Shown here one piece after another: positions 54,860 to 64,000 of a stretch of DNA of 64,000 bases. The position numbers and the translations under genes are program-made. Source of the DNA: Paraphysomonas bandaiensis. Taxonomy: Eukaryota > Protista > Chrysophyceae. Each line of letters begins with the position of its first letter. The stretch's first letter is position 1. Location of the stretch: assembly GCA_965644295.1 (NCBI GenBank), contig CBFFRP010000025.1:138978-202977 (forward strand), in the 5' to 3' direction. The notes beneath the pieces were generated by a model. That model did not search any database. It had not been told where the DNA came from and was given only the letters and a program-made list of their open reading frames with translations.

Positions 54860-55309
54860 TGTGGCATGAAACTCCTAGTTTTAGGGCTTGGGAGTTTCTC
54901 TCCTTCTGGAAACATGGGGTTTCCCTTCAGGATACGGTAGTCGAGTGGCAGTAGTTTCATGCCAGACTATTCATACATGATTCTTATATACATAATAATC
55001 ATATATTCTAGTCCTGCTCTGTTCTTGCTGTTAGCTACGTACTTGTAGGCAGTGGTTTGGGCACAATATCGATATTTTCCTGATTGTCTAGAAGGACTAC
55101 AGCTTCCGCAAGGAAGGAGTGTGTAGAGCAAGAAGGGGGATGGCCAGGGGAGCCGATAACCTCTAGCTCGGGTTGTTGAGGGAAGGAGGAGGTTTTCTAG
55201 GGACCTCGTAAGCTCCAACCCTGATACTGGACTGCAGAGGGTTGCAGTGACCATGTAGAGGATCATGGGGACTCAGAGGAAGGCTCAAGTGGACTTAGAG
55301 GTGTTGCGA

Positions 55310-56530
55310 AGGAGCAGCAGGGTACTCTGTCCCTTGATGCAGATAGAGACTCTGATGTGTCCATTTTTGATTAGTGCTTCCGAAAGGAAGGAGTGTGTTT
55401 TGTTGTGTATGGGACTTTGAGTAAGCTGCGAGAGAGCAGCTGGGTACTCTGTCCCTTGTGATGTGTCTATCTTTGATTAGTGCTTCCGAAAGGAAGGAGT
55501 AAGTTAGTTGTGTATGGGACTTTGAGTAAGCTGCGAGAGAGCAGCAGGGTACTCTGTCCCTTGTGATGTGTCTATCTTTGATTAGTGCTTCCGAAAGGAA
55601 GGAGTGTGTTTTGTTGTTTATGGGACTTTGAGTAAGCTGCGAGAGAGCAGCAGGGTACTCTGTCCCTTGTGATGTGTCTATCTTTGATTAGTGCTTCCGA
55701 AAGGAAGGAGTGTGTTTTGTTGTGTATGGGACTTTGAGTAAGCTGCGAGAGAGCAGCAGGGTACTCTGTCCCTTGTGATGTGTCTATCTTTGATTAGTGC
55801 TTCCGAAAGGAAGGAGTAAGTTAGTTGTTTATGGGACTTTGAGTAAGCTGCGAGAGAGCAGCAGGGTACTCTGTCCCTTGTGATGTGTCTATCTTTGATT
55901 AGTGCTTCCGAAAGGAAGGAGTGTGTTTTGTTGTGTATGGGACTTTGAGTAAGCTGCGAGAGAGCAGCAGGGTACTCTGTCCCTTGTGATGTGTCTATCT
56001 TTGATTAGTGCTTCCGAAAGGAAGGAGTGTGTTTTGTTGTGTATGGGACTTTGAGTAAGCTGCGAGAGAGCAGCAGGGTACTCTGTCCCTTGTGATGTGT
56101 CTACCTTTGATTAGTGCTTCCGAAAGGAAGGAGTGTGTTTTGTTGTTTATGGGACTTTGAGTAAGCTGCGAGGGAGCAGCAGGGTACTCTGTCCCTTGTT
56201 GCAGATAGAGAGATTAGTGCTTCCGCAAGGAAGGAGTAAGTTAGTTGTGTATGGGATTTAGAGTAAGAGAGTAAGCTGCGAGGGAGCGGCATGGTACTCT
56301 GGTTCTGGAGATAGATAGAGACTCTGATGAGTCCTTTAGATATGGGACATATAGAGGAAGCTGCGAGGGAGCAGCAGGGTACTCTGTCCCTTGATGCAGA
56401 TTGAGAAATTAGTGCTTCCGAAAGGAAGGAGTAAGTTTAGTTGTGTATGGGGCTTAGAGGAAGCTGCGAGGGAGCGGCATGATACTCTTTTCCTTGTGAT
56501 AGTTAGAGACTCTGATGAGTCCTTTAGAAC
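55310..56530 (+). repeat. Tandem array of ~105-106-bp hairpin-rich units (about 12) inside the LTR element
   Basis: 'gggtactctgtccc' recurs at 55320, 55442, 55547, 55653, 55759, 55864, 55970, 56076, 56182 and 56377, with degenerate units near 56293 and 56481. Confidence 0.92.
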
Positions 56531-56559
56531 CGGGGCCCAAGAGATGGTCACCGGCTTTG

Positions 56560-59084
56560 ATAAGTGATTTATGAGCGCGGTCAGCGCAAGGCGAGCAGCC
56601 AACGTAGTGGGGGACAATGCATTCCCTCTTGCGAGAGAGAGAAATGATCAGTCCGGGGGAGCAGTGTCTCCGAGCCTTGGCGTGTACGCGTTTTACCCTT
56701 GTGGGGGGGAACGAGCCAGCGTTCGTCTTCCACTACGTAAAAATTAATCTTGAGGTCCGAGGGAGTTGGCCCCTCTGGACGTAGGAATCAGTGATATAGG
56801 GGAAGAGTGGTCGTACCCAGCGGAGGAACAGCTGCTTTCGCTGGGAGAAGATCTTTCAAATTTCTCAAATGGGTCGACAAGGGACCGAGAGGATATGAAA
56901 GAAATTCGCAACGATCAGTTAGACTCCATTGACTCTGATTATCTAGACTCTGAGGGTGAGTCTCCTACGATTCCAGAAAAGGTTTATGGGTCACCGGACC
57001 TACAAGAAAAGATTCGTGAGGTCCTGTGGGATACAGGGATATCTTTCGATTAGGGATTCGAAAAGGAAAGCCCACGAAGTTGGAACTTTTAGTTAGAGAA
57101 GTCCGGAACCCAGCTGAGGCATGGCTGATGCCGGCAATAAATTGCCTCGTAGGAGGTTGGATAGGAGTCGTCAGCGCGAACTCCAACGTGGAGTGGAAAA
57201 GTTAGAGCGGTTGAGAGCGATCCAACCTAGCTCGACCACTCATTATAGTCATTCTTTTGTAGTTCCGTAGCCAAACAATAAGTGGCGATTAGTGTTGGAT
57301 TATAAGAATCTCAACAAGGTTAGATCTGGCCAATTCCGAACATTAGGGATATGATTTATCGGATTGGTGCCAGTGGGCGAGGAGTCCCGTAATTGGGTCG
57401 CCTTTATTACTCAAAACGGGGTGTACGAGTGGCTCCGGCTCCCCATGGGTTTGAAAGGTGTCCCGTCCTTCTTCCAGCGGCAAATGCAAAGTAGTGCTAG
57501 CGGGTTTAGTGTATGAGATTTGTGAGATATATCTCGGTGAATGTGTTATATTTGCTAGCTCGGAAGAGGAGCTGATTAAGGATTATCAGCGGGTTTGGAG
57601 ATATTTAGGAAGTTTGGCCTAGTACCCAGAAGGGGTTCATGGGTGTGGCAAATTTGGTGAGAGATTGCGTACGCGAATATGCGCTGATTGCGAAACCATT
57701 GCATGCAATGTTGGGGAATTATACTAAGTCGCAGGCTAGACTTAAGGTATTGCAGTGGACGGAGGAGTCCAGTGTTGCCTTTGATGTGCTAAGGGAGCGC
57801 ATTCATGAGTGTCCCTTATTATTTTTTATGGATGATGTTTCCCCCATCTTCCTATATACTGACGCGTCAATAATTGGTATAGGGGCACACTTGGTGCAAG
57901 TCGTGGAGGGTCACGAGCGCACAATTGGGATGATTAGTAAGGCGTTCGACTCAACGTTAGCTAAGTGGCACACCTGCGAGCAGGAAGGTTTTGCCATCTT
58001 TTATGCACTAAATAAGTGGGAATACTTGTTGAGGGATCGACGTTTTACGGTTCGAACCGATCACGATAATTTACGCCAACTCAAGCAGGAGTATGGCCAC
58101 ATTAAGCGAGTGCAGCGCCTGTTTATGTGTTTTCAGTCGTTTGATATCGTGTTCGAACACCTTCCAGGGGAAATGAATGTGGTGGCTGATGCTCTTAGTC
58201 GAGTTTGTGGGGTGGACGCATCCGACAAGATCGATGACAATCTGTGCTCTTCTCTCGAGCGGTGCCTGGAGGAAGAGTCACATACTGAGGATCAGCGCAT
58301 CTCTAATCACCTCTGGGAGGCGATTAAGGCTTGTCACAATAGTGTAGTAGGCCACCATGGGGTGGAACGTACAATGGGAAAGTTGCGAAGGAGCAACAAT
58401 GATTGGAAGAACATGCGTCAGCATGTTATACGTTTTATTAAGTGTTGTGTGTGTTGTCAACAGATGTCAACCATTAAGCTGGATGTGGGTTCGGCTTTTT
58501 CCTCTATCTAAGTATTCCATGGGTGAGTGCATCTATAGGGATTATATTGAGGGTTTAATTCCCGGTGAGAATGGGTATACTAGTATTCTGGTGATGATAG
58601 ATATATTATTCGGGAGGTAAACTTTTATTAGGAGTGGAGCACTCCTTTACAGTAGAGTACTCAAAGGAAGAGAATGGTATGGTTGAGAGGGAGAATAAGG
58701 AAATTCTCCGTCATCTAAGGAATATTATTTTCGAGAAAGTGGTCTGATGTTCTGCCAATGGTGCAGCATATTTAGAATGCGGCAATTCATGGGTCGACAG
58801 GAGTGGCCCCGGCACAGTTCTAGTGTATGGAGATGCCATAAACCTAGATGCAGGTTTTATTGTGGATAGGAAGAATTTGTCTCCAAGGGAGGAGAAGGAT
58901 CTGTCCGAGTGGGTTGACAGTACGAGGAACAGATGCGTTGTTGAAGTATTTGAAGGCTCACTCTAACTATGCAGTACGAGCCCTACTACCCAAGAGAGAA
59001 AAGAAGCGCTCCAGGTCTCCGAACACGGCGGCAGAAGAAGTCATTTCGAGTGAGGATGAGTCGTCGCAGCAGTCAGGAGCTTGA
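56560..59084 (+). pseudogene. Decayed Gypsy pol (RT, RNase H, integrase, chromodomain-like tail relics)
   Basis: Fragments match the minus-strand pol (e.g. YTDASIIGIGAHLVQ, HNSVVGHHGVERT) but carry stops, frameshifts and deletions; the YLDD codons read YLGE. Confidence 0.9.
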
Positions 59085-59468
59085 TTTATGAGTTTTGACG
59101 GTTAAAATCCGCTCTGTCCAGGTGACGGACACCTATGAGAAGGTTCTCATACATCACAATTTCGTTGGAGTGATCAGATAGTAGGGGTGATTTTTTTGTT
59201 GTTAGAGTATGTCGTTTTTTTTAGTACATGTGCCACATTTTTCCAAAAAGGGGAAGGGGTAGTGTGGCATGAAACTCCTAGTTTTAGGGCTTGGGAGTTT
59301 CTCTCCTTCTGGAAACATGGGGTTTCCCTTCAGGATACGGTAGTCGAGTGGCAGTAGTTTCATGCCAGACTATTCATACATGATTCTTATATACATAATA
59401 ATCATATATTCTAGTCCTGCTCTGTTCTTGCTGTTAGCTACGTACTTGTAGGCAGTGGTTTGGGCACA

Positions 59469-59481
59469 ATACATACATACA

Positions 59482-59515
<34 letters not shown>

Positions 59516-59812
59516 CATACATACATACATACATACATACATACATACATACATACATACATACATACATACATACATACATACATACATACATACATAC
59601 ATACATACATACATACATACATACATACATACATACATACATACATACATACATACATACATACATACATACATACATACATACATACATACATACATAC
59701 ATACATACATACATACATACATACATACATACATACATACATACATACATACATACATACATACATACATACATACATACATACATACATACATACATAC
59801 ATACATACATAC
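59469..59812. repeat. (CATA)n/(TATG)n microsatellite, ~344 bp
   Basis: Tetranucleotide array between the 3' LTR and the truncated pol. Confidence 0.98.
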
Positions 59813-62800
59813 CTACCGGATATGAGGATATACCCTCCGGCATATTAGACTCAATATGATGCTGGTCTCGGATACGCAAATTCTGTTGTGCATACGCCCT
59901 AACCTTATCCTGAGCGACAAGTCTGTCTGCCACCCATTGTGATAAATCTCGACTCTCCCGAGATGATAAATTCTTTCTATCCAAAATAAAGCCCGCATCC
60001 AGATTTATGGATTTACCATACACAAGTTCTGCTGGGGCCACCCCAGTTGATCCATGTACAGACGCATTCAAGATGCGCTGCACCATTGGTAAAACATCAG
60101 ACCACCACTTTAAAGCAACTCGCTCGAAAATGATGTTCCGCAAATGTCGAAGAATCTCTTTATTCTCCCTCTCGACCATGCCATTTTCCTCCTTCGAGTA
60201 CTCGATTGTAAAAGAGTGGTTGACACCCAACAAAGCAGTTATCTCACGAATGATATCCGCAATAAACGCCTTGCCCTTATCCGAGGTAAGTTTACAAATC
60301 GAGCACATCGAAAATCTACCAAAATATTGAATCAACGCTCGGGCTGTATCTTTCGCCGATATGCCTTTCGTGGGGAATAACTCAACCCACCTCGCGAAGG
60401 CATCAATCAGCACTAATATACTCGTAAACCCATATTCATCCGGCATCAAGCCTTCAATATAATCCATATAAATACATTCTCCCATCGAGTATTTCGACAG
60501 TGTAAATGGACGAACCCACACAGATGGTTTCAACGTTGACATTTTCTGACAACACACACATCTCTTAATAAAAGTTATTACATGCTGACGCATGTTCCTC
60601 CAATTGTTGTTGCTCCCTCGCAACTTCCCCATGGTTCGTTCTACCCCATGGTGACCCACTACACTATTATGACAGGTCTTAATAACTTTCCAGAAGCGAC
60701 TCGGGATATGCTCACACTCTGTATCCTGCTCTACCTCAAGGCACTGCTCGAGTGAAGAACAGACATTTTCACCGATTTCATCGGATGCGTCCACCCCACA
60801 AATTCGACTAAGAGCGTCAGCAATCACATTGAGTTCTCCTGCCAAATGTTCGAAGGTAACATCAAACGACTGAAAACACATAAACCAACGCTGCACACGC
60901 TTTAGATGACCGTATTCTTGCTTAAGCTGGCGTAAGTTGTCGTGATCCGTTCGAACAATAAAACGTCGATCTCTCAACAAGTATTCCCACTTATTCAAGG
61001 CATAGAATATGGCAAATCCTTCCTGCTCACAGGTATGCCATTTTGCCAAGGTGGAGTCGAACGCCTTACTAATCATCCCAATCGTGCGCTCGTGACCCTC
61101 CACGATTTGCACTAAATGAGCTCCAATCCCTATTATTGATGCATCAGTATATAGATAGATGGGGGAAACATCATCCATAAAAAATAATAAAGGACACTCA
61201 TGAATTCGCTCCTTGAGCGCATCGAATGCTCCCGTGGCCTCCTCTGACCAGTCTAGCACTCTTCGACGCGCCTGAGCCTTTGTATAATTCCCCAACATCG
61301 CATGCAAAGGTTTCGCTATAAGCGCATAATCGCGAACACAATCTCTTACAAAATTTGCCACTCCCATAAAATGCTTTAACTGCTTTTGGGTATTTGGCTT
61401 CGGGATGGCTACAATACTATCCACCCGTTCCCTCGTGAAGGTATGACCCCACTCATTTATCTTATGGCCAACGGCCTCTACTTCCGACACCCCAAAGACA
61501 CACTTCTTAGGATTCACTGTCAGACCAAATTTCTTAAACCTTGCCAATACGGCAGTTAAGTTCTCAATGAGCTCTTCCTCTGAGCTAGCAAAAATAATGC
61601 AATCATCAAGATAAATTTCACAAATCTTATAAACCAGACCCGCCAGCACTAGACTTTGCATTTGCCGCTGGAAATAAGATGGAGCGCCTTTCAAACCCAT
61701 GGGGAGCCGGAGCCACTCGTACACCCCGTTTTGAGTAATGAAGGCAATCCAAGTACGGGATCGTTTGCCTACTGGCGCCTGATGATATCCAGACGTGAGG
61801 TCCATCACCACAAAGAATTTAGGACGCTTCTCACCAATCCTATAGATCATATCTCTGATATTAGGAATTGGCCAGCTTTCTGAAGTCGTGACCCGATTTA
61901 AATTTTTATAGTCCAATACCAACCGCCATTTATTACCTGGCTTCGGCACCACAAAGGGATGACTGTAATGCGTGGCTGTGCTAGGTTGGATTGCTCCTAA
62001 CCTCTCTAGCTTATCCACCAAACGTTGGAGCTCGCGCTGGCGACTCCTGTCTAACCTCCTGGGAGGCAACTTATTTGCCGGTATAAACCACGTTTCAGAC
62101 GGGTTCCGGACTTCCAACTCAAACGGCTCCAGCTTGGCTGGTTCCCCCTTACGAATTTCTAGTCGGAATATCTCCTTGTATTCCTCCAGGACATCCCGGA
62201 TACGACTCTGTAAACTCGGGGAACCAAATATCTTATCTGGAAGCACTTGCGGATCCTTTTCCGCACTTAAATAATCAGAATCAATAGATTCCAATTGATC
62301 ATCGCGAATTTCCTTCATATTCTCTCGGTCCCATGCGGACCTGGTTGAGAAGTTAGAAGGGTCCTCGACCCCCAGAGAGAGCAACTGCTCGTCCACTGGG
62401 TATGACCAATCTTCGCCACTGTCACTGATACCTATCTCGAGTGGAGCTAACTCGCTCTTCACCCCAAGATCATAATTCTTGCGTAGCGGTAGACGAACGC
62501 TGGCTCGTTCCCCCCCACAAGGGTAAGACGCGTGCACGCCCAGGCCAAGAGACACTGCTCCCCCAGACTGATCATCTCTCTCTCTCGCATGAGGGACTGC
62601 GCTGTTTCCCACTACGTTGGCTACCCGCCGAGCACTGTCTGCACTCATAAAAGCATTAGGGCAATGTACCACTAAATCTAGTTCTCGTACAGTTTGCACT
62701 CCTAATATAATGTCAAAATTTAAATCTAATTCCCAAGCAGTTATCCTAGCTTGCAACCCCGGTGGCTCCTTTGCCTCCGTAAGGATTTTTACATCAAAGG

Positions 62801-64000
62801 GTACACCCCTTCTACACAATGCAATAGCAGACTTAAAGCCACCCGCAATATTCTTAATTACAGGTATTGGAACAGAATCACTCTCTATCAACCACTGTAC
62901 AACGTCTTTACTAATAAAGTTCGCCGACGCGCCAGTATCAAGCAGAGCCTTGCACATCCTTTCCTCCCCCTGTTCATTACAAACCATTACTTCTATAAAT
63001 GGTAGTGATGACAACGACTTAAGTGCCATAATGGCCATGACATCAGCGTCTAATTCGCAGGACTCACCCTTAGAGTTTCTCCCATACGAACCGCTCTGCG
63101 TAATCGACCAACCCCCCGTTGGTAAGGTATGGTAACCCGTTCTCGCCAGAATATCCTTGGCCACCGCAGAGTCCCTCCATTTCACCTTTGGGTCATTATT
63201 TGCCCCTTTCGCTTGCGTAAGCGGGCAGGGTTTCTTTCCCCTATGCCATACCTCCAACCGCCCGCAAACATTACAACGCTCCGAATCTGCCACTCTAGGC
63301 CAATCCGGCTCCTGAAATCTCTCCCTGGACTTCTTTCCTTTCCTCGCAACGTCATTTGACGCCCTCTGCGAGTTCTTGGGAGGAGAGCGAGAGCGATTGC
63401 GTTTCCCGTCCCTTTGGTCGGGACCCTTCCGCCCTCGCGTGTCAGTCTCGGAAAGGCTATCTGCTGCCTCCCGCGCCCAATGGCGAGTCACAAAGATATC
63501 GAAAGGCTTCACCAACTCCCAGGAGTCCCTAATCGAAGCCACGGCTTTGTGTACCGCTGACACATAGCCCAGAAGAGTGCGCTTATCCGCCGGCAAATTT
63601 TCAAACACCGGCTGCACTTTCTCTGTGAAGAATCTCTTCCTTCTGGCTTGATCATCGTACGGGAGATCAATTCGAAGAGAACGCTTAAACTCTTCAATCC
63701 ACGCTTTATTCTCCTCGATAGTCCCTTGGCCACTCTCCTTCTCTAGCAGCAGCTTTAGGTCCCCACCCCACATTCTCACATCTTTCATGCTCTGTAGAGT
63801 GCGGGACTTCCGGGCCCACTCTCGGATACGCTGGAACGGCTCTACCACCTCTACGTGGCCTTGATCCTTTACTATCTTGCGTAAGAAACTGAAAAAGTCC
63901 TCCGCCGAAAGCACCTCAGGATCCCTCCAATCACCCGCCTTTCCATTTACGTCATCCCGTAAAAAGTCCAACATTGCCGCCGTCCTAGCCGAAATTAGAG
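59813..64000 (-). mobile_element. Ty3/Gypsy retrotransposon single-ORF gag-pol; 3'-truncated at the microsatellite, 5' end beyond the window
   Basis: Uninterrupted ORF: gag knuckle CNVC..H..C, protease LLDTGAS, RT YLDD, RNase H TDAS/EQE/TDH, integrase HHCC and D,D,E (MDY, SDKG, NGMVER); order PR-RT-RH-IN. Confidence 0.96.

Larger units (their letters stand above)
54860..59468 (+). mobile_element. Non-autonomous Ty3/Gypsy LTR retrotransposon (LTRs 54860-55065 and 59263-59468)
   Basis: 206-bp TG..CA LTRs, identical by eye; 4-bp TSD ATAC; PPT aaaaggggaaggggtag just before the 3' LTR; frameshifted RT/RNase H/IN relics at about 56560-59080. Confidence 0.95.

Noticed and set aside
53659-54960. ~400-aa poly-HTYI and poly-MYVC ORFs (also at 59434-59859)
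   Set aside because: (CATA)n has no stop codon in any frame; these are microsatellite artefacts.
56324-56530. CTGATGAGTCC at 56324 and 56512, resembling a hammerhead ribozyme core
   Set aside because: The required GAAA after stem II is missing (GGACATAT, GGCCCAAG), so no canonical hammerhead can be drawn.
55310-56530. CRISPR-like appearance of the 106-bp array
   Set aside because: No unique spacers, no cas genes, eukaryotic retroelement context.
53723-59812. (TATG)n as telomeric repeat
   Set aside because: Interstitial, flanked by genes and elements, and lacks the G-runs of typical telomere repeats.
59370-59812. C-terminal ~147 aa of the 1534-aa ORF as genuine pol
   Set aside because: It is read-through across the microsatellite into the antisense LTR of the neighbouring element.

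Overview
Gene-dense eukaryotic genomic DNA with short (about 44-61 nt) GT-AG introns. Gene content and style suggest a stramenopile or other protist (inference only). Host genes: SagB-type nitroreductase, secreted C39-like peptidase, EF-hand protein, membrane-anchored TPR protein, a giant LRR/Pro-Ser-Thr-repeat/multi-TM protein, a PIP-kinase-fold probable pseudokinase, UNG, SEC23, a LisH-nucleolin-like protein, a histidine phosphatase, an FkbM methyltransferase, a FYVE protein, TRAP-alpha, an Acl4-like TPR protein and a cyclin. The best host-gene finding is an ALDH8A1/AmnC-type dehydrogenase joined in frame, through a predicted 49-nt intron, to a RidA/AmnD-type deaminase; these would be two consecutive steps of kynurenine-pathway 2-aminomuconate catabolism. 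Mobile DNA includes two non-autonomous hAT elements (one carrying a nested 46-bp micro-element whose empty site is visible in the other copy) and a pogo/Tigger-like element. The last 10 kb hold a (CATA)n array with two related Ty3/Gypsy elements. One is a recently inserted non-autonomous copy: apparently identical 206-bp LTRs, decayed pol, no tRNA primer-binding site, and an array of structured ~106-bp repeats where gag would be. The other is an open single-ORF gag-pol cut off exactly where the microsatellite begins. All alignments and splice models were made by eye.
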